A DNA stretch of 64,000 nucleotides. It comes from Octopus vulgaris. Taxonomy: Eukaryota. A program made the position numbers and the translations under genes. Location: positions 64,108,001 to 64,172,000 of the forward strand of contig OX597820.1 of the NCBI GenBank assembly GCA_951406725.2, in the 5' to 3' direction. The first letter of the stretch is position 1. Each line of letters starts with the position of its first letter. Shown here piece after piece: positions 1 through 12,882 of this stretch. The notes under the pieces are model-generated. The model did not search any database. It was not told the origin of the DNA and worked only from the letters and a program-made list of their open reading frames with translations.

Positions 1-13
1 TATATATACACAC

Positions 14-68
<55 letters not shown>

Positions 69-99
69 TATACATATATATATATGTATATATTTATTG

Positions 100-295
100 T
101 GTGTCTGTGTGCTTGTATCGCCACCATCACTTGACAACCGATGTTATTATATTTACCACCCCGTGACCTAGCCGTTCGACTAGAATATGTACTAGGCTTA
201 CAAAGGATGTCCTGGGGCGATTTGTTCGACTAAAGGTGCTGCTCCAGCATGGACGCTGTCAAATGATTGAAACAAATCAAATGAATAAAAGATTG
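100..295 (+). mobile_element. SINE family A, 3' half
   Basis: Matches the 3' half of the full copies at 11216-11616 and 54217-54625 (cttgacaaccgatg...gtactaggctta...gctccagcatgg...tgaaacaa); follows a (TA)n tract. Confidence 0.75.
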
Positions 296-734
296 AAAGA
301 ACAGATATGATTCGGAACAGTCAAAGATTCAGTACAAAGATTCAGAGTGCTAAGTATTCATTATTCGTTATATAAATGCTTCTTGTCCAGTTGTTTATTT
401 GTTATACACTTGTAGTTCTTTGTCAATTATTTCATTCCTAACTGTTATTTCAAACTCTATAATTTAGCTACGATACGCCATCCCGGAAACAGAACCAGAA
501 GCTGCAGAAATTGTTGGTTAGAATTCTGAACGATTGAATAAAATTTAGGAATAAGCGACAACAAATCAATTCGAGATCTAATAACATATTTGTAGAATAT
601 GAATTTGTAGAATTAAGATTTTGTGGTTCTTACCGTTGCTGTTCGTGCTGATAATGCCAATGCTGATAATGATGATACTGCTGGTGATATTCTTATTGGC
701 ATTGCCGTTAATGTTGTTATTTAAGTACTGGAAG

Positions 735-1760
735 TCTGTGAGCTAGCAAGATATGTTAGCACGCCGGGCGAAATGCTTTGCGGTATTTCGTCTGCCGTTA
801 CGTTGTGAGTTCAAATTCCGCCGAGGTCGACTTTGCCTTTCATCCTTTCGGGGTCGATAAAATAAGTACCACTTACGCACTGGGGTCGATGTAATCGACT
901 TAATCCGTTAGTCTGCCCTTGTTTGTACCCTCTGTGTTTAGCCTCTTGTGTGTAGTATTTCATGTGTCTTTATGTTCTGAGTTCAAATTCCGCCGAGGTC
1001 GACTTTGCCTTTCATCCTTTCGGGGTCGATAAATTAAGTACCAGTTACGCACTGGTGTCGATGTAATCGACTTAATCCGTTTGTCTGTCCTTGTTTGTAC
1101 CCTCTGTGTTCAGCCTCTTGTGTGTAGTATTTCATGTGTCTTTATGTTCTGAGTTCAAATTCCGCCGAGGTCGACTTTGCCTTTCATCCTTTCGTGGTCG
1201 ATAAATTAAGTACCAGTTACGCACTGGGGTCGATGTAATCGACTTAATCCGTTTGTCTGTCTTTGTTCGTCCTTACTGTGCGTAGCCCCTTATGAGTAGT
1301 AAAGAAATAAGAAACGTTAGCACCCCGGGTGAAATGCTTAGCGGTATTTCGTCAGTCTTTGCGTTCTGAGTTGAAATTCCGCCGAGTTCGACTTTGCCTT
1401 TCATCAATTCGGGGCCGATAAATTACGTACAAGTTGCGTACTGCGCTCTATCTTATCGACTGGGCCCCTCCCTCAAAATTTTGGGCCTTGTTCCTAGAGT
1501 AGAAAAAATTAAGGGAAGGTGGCGAGCTGGCAGAAACGTTGACTTAATCCCTTTGTTTGTCTCCTTTGCATTTAGCCCCTTCAGGGCAGTAAAGAAATAA
1601 GAAACGTTGTCATGCTTAGCGGTAATTCGTCTGTCTTTACGTTATGAATTCAAGTTCCTTTCAGGTTCGATAAATTAAGTACCAGTTTCGTACTGGAGTC
1701 GGTCTAATCGACTGATCCTATTCCCAAAAATGTCAGGCCTTGCGGCTAGAGTAGGAAAGA
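735..1760 (+). mobile_element. Tandem array of SINE family B units (MetaSINE-domain-like)
   Basis: gagttcaaattccgccgaggtcgactttgcctttcatcctttcggggtcgataaa recurs at 807, 979 and 1151 (172-bp period) and 1368, with a degraded unit near 1645. The core resembles the Meta domain as I recall it. Confidence 0.8.
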
Positions 1761-2004
1761 TAATTTATTACTGGTAAGATTTATTAGAGCTATGATACAT
1801 AGATTTTATAGCAGCTAAGGAGTAAGGTCTGTTTTAGACTGAGTATATGGGACGGAATACATATTTTCTCACGCTCTTTCTCTTAAAAGAGATCGATGCT
1901 TAATTGGAGGTAGATTTAGCTGTTACTTCAAGTATGACAATCAATTGAAGCGAGGTTCCCTCGGTGGATTTTCTTCATAACCATGACAATGACAACCATC
2001 ATAT

Positions 2005-2940
2005 TCGTTTCAAATTTTGGCACAAGGCCAGCAATTTCGTGGGGTTGGGGGAGCTAGTTGATTACATCAAACCCAGTGCTTAACTGGTGCTTATTTTAAC
2101 AACGCCGAAAAGGTGAATAGCAAGTTCACCGCAGCGAAATACGAACTCAGAACGTAAAGATGGAGGAAATGCAGCTAAGTATTTTGTCCATCGTGCTAAC
2201 GACTCTGCCAGTTCGCCGTTTTATAACAACCATCATAGAGGTTTACAAGTTTGGAACAGAGGCAGGAATTTCAGGCGAGTGGGAAAATCAATTACATTGA
2301 GATCACTTTTGGTCATGAATGACCATGGAATTGCACCTGGAAAGTTACCCTCTCAGGGCAAGGTTGTTTATGGAAGGCCAGCAGTCGCCTATGCATAACA
2401 GTTTCCCCTCTCCACACCAATGATGTTATCCAAGGGAAAGGCAAAGGCCGATACAGCTTGGCACTAGTGATATCGCAACTCATTTCTGCAGCTGAGTTAA
2501 CTGGAGCAACGTGAAATAAAGTGTCTTGCTCAAGAACACAACACGTAGCCCGGTCCGGGAATCGAACTCACAACCTCACGATCGTAAGTCTACGCTCTAA
2601 CCACTGAGCCATGCGCCTTCACTAGAGTCAATGTAATTGACCCTAGTATTAAATTTGTACTTGATTTTTTCGACGCGGAAAGGATGAAAGACAAAACGGG
2701 CCTCGATTGAATTTGAATTCAGAAGCATTTTGCCCGCGTGCTAACGATTCTGCCAACTCATCACTATGAATGACAATCATCATAATGCCTGCTTGTAAGT
2801 AATAGTGATTTTAATTTTTGGTGCAATGCCAGCAATTTCCAGGCGGGAGGAGTAAATCAATTACATCGACCCAAGTTCTTAACAGGTACTTATTTTATCG
2901 ACCGTGAAAGGATTAAATGCAAAGACAACCTCGGCAGACG
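2005..2940 (-). mobile_element. Cluster of three degraded SINE family B copies
   Basis: Reverse-complement matches to family B (aaggatgaaag, gaactcagaacgtaaaga, gctaacgattctgcca) at about 2005-2220, 2245-2765 and 2815-2940. Confidence 0.7.
2303..2622 (-). mobile_element. tRNA-derived SINE family C, nested in a family B copy
   Basis: Minus strand has A box TGGCTCAGTGG, B box GAGTTCGATTCC, then ttcttgagcaagacactttatttcacgttgctccag. Second copy at 22678-22937. Confidence 0.8.
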
Positions 2941-5339
2941 AGATCACTAAATAGTTTGGTCCAGTCTGTATCTCTTATTAGAAAATTTGCAAGGGATGGT
3001 GTATGAAGTCCGAGGAGAAATAATATGCTTCTACTAGCAAGTGGATTTGCCACTGTCTACAATGTTCGTTTTCTTACTACCAGCAAATAACTTTTTCAGC
3101 ATACCTAGTCTCATCAAAGGGATACGCTGTCACAACCAATTTTGACGGCATATTTTAGAGTTAAATGTCACATCATGGTTGGAGATTTTTAGCGCATTAG
3201 AATTAATGGAAAACTTTAAGCATTCCTTAATAATACAAAATGTGAGCATAGGGCTAATCGCATTACTTTAGATAATTCATCTAAGTAGCGACGTACCGAA
3301 TGGCATAAAATAAAATTTCTAAATTTGCATTTTACCTGAGGAAAAAGAAATTAAAATACAAATGTAATCATAAGATTTTGCAAAGAAAAGTGCCCGTAAT
3401 TACAAGAAATTAATAATAAATTTCACAGCATCTTAATTTAACGCTCTCACTTAAACAGAAATTAGCTCTTTGTTAATGAGTAAGTTGACAGCTATAGATA
3501 GGTTTTGGTCTTATTAAAACTCATCCATGAAGCGTATATTTCACAAGTCTGTTATTGAATGTACTTTTATTTTCAGCTGCAAATAAAAGAAAATTTACAA
3601 ATAAAGTTGGCAAGTATAAATTTTCAAAAATACGAAAATTGATTTAAATGAAATATTCAAAAATACCCATATCATTAATATAGCTGTTAATATTGTTGCG
3701 TCTCTTATTGTTTAACCACAGTTCATCGGCAGGTGCAAGAGTCAATCATCAAATTTATTTTAACCGCCAACATTCTATCTTTTACAGCTTGGCAGGATTA
3801 AGGAATATGTATTTTTAACATTTAGAACAGTAGAATATGATGAAAGTACAATTGGCTGTCAATTCTAGCATTTCGTGTAACTACGAATTAACTCCCTCAC
3901 TGGCCAGCTTCCATCGAATGCTCAGGATCCTTCGTTTGCTTGGTAATACTGGTAAGATTGATATGCTCTCTTCCTGGTTAGAGGGCTTCGAGACTCATGC
4001 ATATATGAGATAAATAACGGCAAATTGCCAGCATTTATCAATTGTTTATAGAAATCTATCTTTTATATTAACCTTTACTCAAAACCCTGTCTTTCGTTTA
4101 TGACTTATGTTTCATGAACTGTTATTTCGGCGAAAACATGGTGCAACGTTCTTAGGACAAAATACTTATTTCTCTATAATTGTTGATAATTCATACAACA
4201 ATAGTCAATAATCATAATCTTTTATTGCGATCTTTTATCCAGACGTTATTGAACCAAATGTCTCCAGTTACTGAAAGAACGAATCTATAACAGTTTATAA
4301 AGGCCATGCAACAATGACCCTTCGTTTCTATAGCTGACTGTTCTTTGAGATAAAACATCCTTTGTTTATAAACATACATTATCTGAAAACTGTTCATTCT
4401 CTTTTATATTTATTCTATTTTATTTTCTTCTTATAACTCCCAATGGATTGTGCTTGGTGCAGATGGTAGAGATCCAATCAAGCAACAGTTACGAGATTTA
4501 TTAAAGCATATTTTACAGTTCTGCAATTTTCGAATTCATATCGGTTCCAAATTGACTTTTCATTTGGAGCCACAATATTCAAGGCGTCTGTGCATTACAT
4601 CCTCGCGCAATTGGTTACAAGTGAAAGGTTAAAGAAATAAGCCGAATTAATGAAAATATAGCAGAGTATCATAATGATGTATGACGTTAACGGGCCATTT
4701 AAAAAAAAAAGAGAAGAAAGAAACACGTACGAGAAAGCGTCTACATATGACTTCTAGATTTGCTAGAAATGGCAGTAAAATCACTCACAAATTCCACTCA
4801 ATGCTGAGGTCTCCAAAATGCTATATCATGAGTTTCAAGAAATATCAACCTAATAAGTGCCTCAAATTCTAACCGCGCTTTAACGAACGAAGCCATCGGA
4901 TAATATGTGATTAATTTACTTCTAGTTAGCAATTCGGCTAAAGACACTGACAGAACAAGTACCTGGTTAAAAAATAAATAAGTAGTGGCGGCCGAATCTT
5001 ACGACTAAATTTCAAGATGATGCCCCAGCATTGCCACAGTCAGTTCATTGAAAAAAGTAGATAATAAAAGCTAAAACATGCATGGGTTTGGGAGGGGAGA
5101 AGTGGGTCATCACGATACAATACAAACAACATATAAATACACCTTTGATAATATAGTCCTTATGAAAAAAATATGGTAGGATGTTTATATATTCCCTGGC
5201 AAACTCTATCTCCGTCCGAGGCGATTAGCTAGTACCGCTAGTACAACATTCCACAATTGTCAAACTTTGATGGTTGCACCTTATTTTTTATACATTTATT
5301 TTCTTTGCACTCTTCATGTGTATTTCTGTTTGTGCATGT

Positions 5340-5369
5340 GTATATATAAGTGTATGTAAATATATACAC

Positions 5370-5413
<44 letters not shown>

Positions 5414-5617
5414 ACACATATATACATATATATATATGTCTACATACATATATATACATATATATATACATACATATATACATATATATATGTATACATA
5501 CATATATATACATATTTATATACATACATATATATATACATATATATACATACATATATATATATATATTAATATATACATATACATACATATATTAATA
5601 TACATATATATACATAC

Positions 5618-5652
<35 letters not shown>

Positions 5653-6062
5653 CATACATATATATATACACATATATATACATACATATATATGTACATA
5701 TGTACACATATATATATATATGTACACATACATATATATATACATATGTACACATACGTATATAATATATATATGTACACATACGTATATAATGAATATA
5801 TATGTACACATACGTATATAATGAATATATATGTACACATACGTATATAATATATATATATATACACATATGTACACATATATATACATATATATATGTA
5901 TACATACATATATATATATACATATATATGTATGTATACATACATATATATATACATATTTATAAAGACATATATATACAGACACATATATATACATACA
6001 TATATATATACACGCACATATATATATATATATATATATACATACATACATAAACACATATA
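5340..6062. repeat. Complex (TA)n/(TACA)n microsatellite
   Basis: Direct reading; source of the YI/HI-rich ORFs. Confidence 0.95.
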
Positions 6063-6289
6063 TTGTGGAACGATTTTAATTGACAACAAAAGAAACAGAA
6101 GCATTTGCATATATGGTACATCAGCCAGTCCTAGGAAAAATAGAATAGGTATCATTTATTAAAGAAATTATCGGTGTGAGACGAGCGGACAGTTTTGGTA
6201 AAAGCTTATCAAAAAGAAAGAAATCTATATAGAAAATATTTTGAAGGGAAGATGAAGGGTTTAGAATTATAAGTAAAATGTTTGAAGAC

Positions 6290-6755
6290 CTATAGAAAAA
6301 TATCTGAATATATGAATAAGTATTTAATATTATAAAGTCATAAAATTAGCGAGATTGAATGAGAAGAAATTTTGATAGAGAAGACAGTAGTGTAATCTAA
6401 AGAAAATAATGATAGGATAGCAGTATGAGTAAGAAAAATATATATAAGTGTAAGTGATGGGGGAGCGAAAGGTAGTGCAAGAAGATATGTCAAAGGGCAA
6501 AGAGATGAGAGGAAATATAAAAAAAAGAAGAGTCTTGGATAAAATTAAAGTGATGCGGTAAATAAAAATCTAGAATTATGACAGTTATGAATTAAATCAA
6601 TAAAATGACTAATAAAAATGTAATAACAATAATGTAAAATAAGATGAAGTATGACAATATTGCAAAAAGACACAGAAAAAGAAAATGTGTTGCTACACAA
6701 ACATAAACACACACATATACACGCATACATACACACACATACATACACACACATA

Positions 6756-6794
<39 letters not shown>

Positions 6795-6980
6795 TATATA
6801 TGTGTGTATGTATGTATATATATATGTATGTATGTATATATATATATGTATATATATATATGTATGTATATATATATATATATAAATACACATACGTGCA
6901 TCTAGGTTCTTACATACGCACATAGACACACACACGCACCTATATGTACATATATGTTTCTGTGTATATATATGTATATG

Positions 6981-7013
<33 letters not shown>

Positions 7014-7405
7014 ATCTATGTTTATGACAAAGTGATGTTTTTTAACTTGTCTCTATATATTATTGTAATGTTCTTATTCTAATTCATAATCTTATTATTA
7101 CTTTTTTTGGCTAATTTTACAAGTATTTTTATTATTTTAGCTCATAGAATTTTTATTTACCATATTACTTCAATTCTATCCACGACTCTCTTTATCTTTT
7201 CTCTCATCTCTTTGACATTTGACATCTTTGTCTTCCTCCTCACACTACCGTTCGCAATCCTTCACAAATATTTTATTTACTCATTCTACTTTTCAATAAC
7301 CTCCCGTCTATCATATCACTTTCTTTTTCATCAATATTTTACTCATTTACTTTCCCTAATATATATGTTTATAACTTTAAATACCTGTAGCAGGCATATT
7401 TGGAA
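6290..7405. repeat. Old, diverged long inverted repeat around a microsatellite spacer
   Basis: 6486-6572 (atgtcaaagggcaaagagatgagagg...ggtaaataaaaatcta) is the imperfect reverse complement of 7145-7226; similarity extends patchily outward. Confidence 0.65.
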
Positions 7406-7949
7406 GAATGCTAAACAATTCATTGCCTAGGAATCGCACCCGCATTGCAGTGTTCGATGGCCACAACTTTGTTAGAGACTGTTGACGTCAACGGACAATT
7501 GAGAAAAGAAACCTCTGGTAGAAATCACTGATTCGACATAAACGAGATTCACTGAATTATTGATTGCGCTAGCAATGGCCACTCGAATCTCTCGTAGTAC
7601 AGGATATCATTAACAATTTTATCGTTTCTTGCTTTTTCCTTGAGAGACATATCTTATACAGATTTGGCTTCAGAGTTAAACAGTATTGTCTATAAGGCAG
7701 TCAGAAAACTCGGCTTCAAGGACTTACGACTCTCAACAACGTCTGCAACACAACCACAATAAGAAGAGTAGTGTCCACAACAGTCAGGATAAACGGATGA
7801 CAATGACAGCGATCATAGCACAACTAACTGCTAAAATCATACGACGATGGCTTCTGTCAAATCCCCACCAACATCTCATACAAATTGAACAAACTACATT
7901 GATGCAAACATCTCCAATCTGCCATTTGATCATAACGATAGTATATTAT

Positions 7950-8480
7950 TTGAGATAAGGATGTGTAAATATTGTTCCATTTAGAATTTCAAACGGGTTT
8001 CTTCTTCTTGTATCAACCTCTCAACTATACCAAATCTTTCCACTGTCAACAACAAAAATAGAAATATATTTACGTTAAAACGTTATTCTATTGTTTAGAG
8101 TATTTCCGTAGGTTTTAAGAACTCTTATATTAACTGTAAGTCCTTGATGTGTTACCCAGATGGACACCTCGCCTATCTTGTCTGTCGACAACATTTCAAT
8201 TTTTCTCTCTTCAATTGAATATACTTTATAAATAATTGCCTTCTCCTGTATTCCTTTCATGATATCTTGAGGTAAAGACAATTATACATCACCACATTCT
8301 CTGTGGAACATCTTCTCATAGTTCCTTATCTTTGTTAAATTCACCTCCTTGTTTTTACATCTGTAACTCTTAAATAACTGTTCTTACTGTCCGTTTTTTT
8401 AATCAATTTTTTCTATTTCTTTTACGAGTTCCTCTTCCGAGGCAGACAGCCGCGAAGAGCTGTAATCCTCGTATAACATC
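7950..8480 (-). pseudogene. Possible decayed ORF1 of an L1/Tx1-like retrotransposon
   Basis: Broken lysine/glutamate-rich frames such as QEKAIIYKVYSIEERKIEMLSTDKI and RFGIVE. Assignment is from recollection of similar repeat-derived sequences only. Confidence 0.3.
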
Positions 8481-8609
8481 ATTAGCAACAAGCTGCTTCA
8501 AGGACACAAAAAACAGTTCACAAAGTGTTCAAATGAACACTAACACAAATTTTCAAAGATAAACGACAACTTTCAACTTGCAAATGACAAGATAGCGAAT
8601 AAATCGTGC

Positions 8610-8717
<108 letters not shown>

Positions 8718-8719
8718 TA

Positions 8720-8961
8720 AAATCATATAAGGGCAGAAATTGATATTATTTGAAACTAGTGGCTTAGCATACTTAAAATATCCGAAGATTAAAAATTGTG
8801 TTACATACAAAATTAAGAGGAATGACCACTAAAGTGGACACCTAAAATGCTAAACATAGACGTCAAATTGCTATTACCAGGAAGAATGTGTTCTCAAAAA
8901 AATCTCAGCAAACGCCAAAATGTACATTAGGTGTCCCTTTAGAGGTCTTTCCTCTTAATTT

Positions 8962-8966
<5 letters not shown>
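8720..8966. repeat. Unclassified interspersed repeat with local inverted duplication
   Basis: Related copies at about 27100-27320 and 53415-53530. 8805-8845 is inverted at 8927-8966. (TA)n on both sides. Confidence 0.7.
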
Positions 8967-9021
<55 letters not shown>

Positions 9022-11215
9022 AAGCACGGTTTATTCGTGGTCAGAGTTGTTCGTAAACCGGGATTCTACTGTGTATGTAGAGTTATACGTTTATAGAAAA
9101 TGGGAAAGGATACAACATCTAGAAGTTGATATTTAATATTAGACTACCTAGATGATATATCACTTTGAAATTCTGGCGCAATTATCGCAAGTTCGGTGCA
9201 TGGGAAAGTCGATTGCGACCCCAATGGTACGATAGCACTTATTTATCGACTCCAAAAGGATGAGAAAAAATGCTGACTTCGGCGAAATTTCAACTCACAA
9301 CTTAGCGATTCGAAAGAAATAGCGTAAGGTATTATGTGAGTCGCTCTAACGATTCGGTCATTTCGTTGCCCAATTTAAATAAAAAATATTAATGATAAAT
9401 GTTTCTGACTGCTAACTGCCCAGAGCCTGTAAGACGTTGTTAAATATTCCAGTTATGTAACGCCTTTAATGCACATATATTTGATATATACAAGCCAATT
9501 GTGAAAAGCAAAAAAAAAAAAAAAAGTCGTCAAACTTATAGAAAACTACTTCCCAACCCCAAAATTCATGTAGATATGTGCGTAGTTACATTTTTGAACA
9601 TGTTGAAAATCAGCCACAATATTTTAATGTTCATATATAGTGAAATCTGTGTGGATATGTGAGTGTGCACGTATGTGTAGCGCCTGTGCATGTATGTATA
9701 CTTAGTAGGCTTTATTCCTTTCTCTTCCTCTCTCTCTCTTTTTATATATATATATAAGTATATATGTGTGTAAGTGTGTGAGTGTGAGTGTGTGTGGCGG
9801 TGTTTATTACGTTTATAGCATCTTCTTTTGTTTGACCACACACTTTTAAGTATACATACATACATATATTTATATATATATATGTGTGTGTTTGTGTGTG
9901 TGTGGGCATGTGTATGTATACACACATAAAAACAAACATTCATCGAGACATACACAAGCAAATGCTCAAAGTCACACACAAAATCACTCACACACACTTT
10001 CACACACACATATAAGTATGTTTTTATATCAGTCTATTTGTCTGTTCGTCTGTCTGTGTGTATGTATGTATGTATGTATGTATGTAAGTACATACTTGGA
10101 TGTCGTGACTTTCTCTTTCACCGATTCTCATGGGTTCTCCTATGAAGAAAATAGTCTATTATATTCATTCTTCAAGGCACAAGTAACTGTATATAATTGT
10201 TTGTGCTGACCTTTCGAATTGTCAAACGGGATCGGAGATGCGAATGCCTGTATGGTGACCGCTGAAGAACTGAAAATTCCAATATGCTTAACTACTCATA
10301 ATCTTTCCGAAAGAATTATTGTGATTTTATATATTCTTTTTCCCTCTAGTGCCTTTGTTGTTGCTACAAATGAATTCACTAAATCAGCTTATTGCCAAAG
10401 CAAGGGTCGAAGTTCTAAACATCACTGCAAAACTTTCGCTCGACTAATTTTCTCTATACTGCTGAATAAGATTTGAACAACATTCGGAACATACACACGC
10501 ATAGACGTACGTCCCGCCCCAACAACACCCACACACGCTTATATAAACGTTTACTAACTCATACATCATACGTATAAACATATATGTCCACACATTCATA
10601 CAGACGTATATATAAGCAGGCATACATATATACGTGCATTCATGGATTCATACATAATGTATGAATTTCACTTCTCAAATATACAGTTCCGGGTTCAATC
10701 TCACTGTGTGAATCATTGGTCAAGTGCCTTCTAGAGCCCCGGCTGACCAAAGCCTTGTGACTAGATTTCGTAGACAAGTTAGCTTCGTCTTACGAGCCTG
10801 CAAAGCTTTGTTTCACGAAGCCAAATGAAACTGTTACTAAAAATCATATATACGTGTGTGTATATATATATATATATGTGTGTGTGTGTGCGTGTGTGTG
10901 TGTGCGCGAGCGCTTGCGTGTGCGTGCATAAATGTGTATATGTGTGTCTGCGCATGCGGTTTTGTGTGTGCACAAGTATATATTTGTGAATGATTATACA
11001 CACTCGCGTATGGAAGCGTACATCCATTGGCACTAGAAACGCGCGCATACGTATGTACGCATACATACACATATATATTCTTCAAAACGTTTCGTGTGAC
11101 AGAAGTCCATCTTATACATGTTTAATTATCAGTCTATGTATATCTACCTATATATATATACATATGTGGGGCGGGGTGTGGTTGTGGATTGAGAGTGTAT
11201 ATATGCATATATATA

Positions 11216-11616
11216 CTCTTTTTACTTGTTTTCAGTCATTTGACTGCGGCCATGCTGGAGCACCGCCTTTAATCGAGCAACTCGACCCCGGGACTTATTC
11301 TTTGTAAGCCCAGTACTTATTCTATCGGTCTCTTTTTTGCCGAACCGCTAAGTGACGGGGACGTAAACACACAAGCATCGGTTGTCAAGCGATGCTAGGG
11401 GGACAAATACAGACACACAAACACACACATATATATATATATACACATATATACGACAGGCTTCTTTCAGTTTCCGTCTACCAAATCTACTCACAAGGCA
11501 TTGGTCGGCCCGGGGCTATAGCAGAAGACACTTGCCCAAGATGCCACGCAGTGGGACTGAACCCGGAACCATGTGGTTGGTTAGCAAGCTACTTACCACA
11601 CTGCCACTCCTGCGCC
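11216..11616 (-). mobile_element. Full-length tRNA-derived SINE family A with internal (TA/CA) microsatellite
   Basis: Minus strand: ggcgcaggagtggcagtgtggtaag (A-box region), gggttcagtccc (B-box-like), cttgggcaagtgtcttct (CORE-like), internal microsatellite at about 11415-11452, A-rich tail. Many copies in the window. Confidence 0.85.
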
Positions 11617-11644
11617 TATGTATGTATATATATGTATATGTATG

Positions 11645-11732
<88 letters not shown>

Positions 11733-11735
<3 letters not shown>

Positions 11736-11926
11736 AGAGTTTACGAAAAAACAAAAGACGAAGACAGGTGGTGTACAAAACAAACAGATGTATTAGTATA
11801 ACGCTCAGGAATAGAAAAATCTTTTACGTTTCGAGCCTGCGCTTTTCTACAGACAGGGACACAGAAAAACAAGAAGAGAAACAAGGAGAGAAAAATGTGT
11901 GTAGTAGCTAACGATCTATCATGGCG
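11733..11926 (-). mobile_element. Short non-autonomous HHR-bearing element, family F
   Basis: About 190-bp unit repeated at 31744-31928 (-), 47675-47866 (+) and partially 27583-27685 (-); abuts (TA)n; contains CTGTAGA-stem-GAAACGTA. Confidence 0.75.
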
Positions 11927-11980
11927 TCTTGCACAGAAAACAAAAGACAGAGACAGACACTTAGGCAAAATGGAAATGTT

Positions 11981-12014
11981 TTTGACGTTTCTGGCCTACG
12001 CTCCTCGTCAGAAA
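11981..12014 (-). ncRNA. Minimal hammerhead ribozyme motif, weak stems
   Basis: Minus strand: ttt CTGACGA ggagcgtaggcca GAAA cgTC aaa. Confidence 0.5.
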
Positions 12015-12037
12015 GTGATGAAAAGAAGGCAAAACAT

Positions 12038-12082
<45 letters not shown>

Positions 12083-12851
12083 AAGTGAGAGAGAGAAGAA
12101 AACAAAAAGAGAAAAAAACGTGTTTGGGATTAACGGATACAAATGTTGAGATGACTGGAAGAAAGAGGCCGATGGAAGGGGAGACAACAGTGATCCAGCT
12201 GCACTAGGGTGCACACGCGCGTGTGTGTGTATTTGTGGATGGTGTTTGTGATTGTATATATGTGAACTTGTGAGCTTGTGTGTACGTATGGAAACGCACA
12301 CGCGTGTATGTGTGTGTCTATAAGTAAACAGCTACGTGCACTATGTGAAATGATATGTCTTTCGTGTATTCGTTTGCGTTTGGACGTGTGAGAGGCTGTG
12401 AATTGTATGTGATTGCGAGGTTCTGTATTGTATGTGTGGGGGGCTCCCGGAAGTGTGGGTGTGTTTAAATGCATGTGTGTAGCAGCTAATGTGTCCATAT
12501 ACTTGTACCGTGAATACGAGCGTGTGTGTATTTGTTCATCTAGATACATATATGCATATCTATGCGCGCGGGTTTGTGCGTGTGCGCTTCTCTCCCACTA
12601 CAACTTGATAACATGCTTTGCTGTGCTTACGGCCGCATAACTTAAAAGTTCGTCAAAATTGACCGATAGACTAGATAGCAGGTTTTCAAAAATTACGTAC
12701 CGTTGTCCATTCGTTCGGCTAAAATACGGTAAGGCAGTGCCACAGCTTGGGTGTCGTTAAAAATCTAAAACAAGTGAAAGAATAAAAGAATCCATCCATG
12801 CCACCGAACATGCGTACGTCTATGTTTATATATTTTATGTATACATGTATG

Positions 12852-12882
<31 letters not shown>

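Noticed and set aside
2545-2622. tRNA gene candidates here and near 11616, 34400, 44153 and 55332
   Set aside because: A and B boxes are present but no full cloverleaf could be drawn, and each continues into a repeat body.
3495-3530. Possible old hammerhead on the minus strand (gatgagttttaataagaccaaaa)
   Set aside because: Both core segments are mutated and stem I is absent.
5238-6162. Many overlapping YI/HI/CV-rich ORFs here and throughout the window
   Set aside because: They are translations of (TA)n, (CA)n and (TATG)n microsatellites open in several frames.
9020-9072. Possible pogo/Tigger-like terminal repeat (cagtagaatcccgg on minus)
   Set aside because: A single short end with no partner TIR or transposase sequence.
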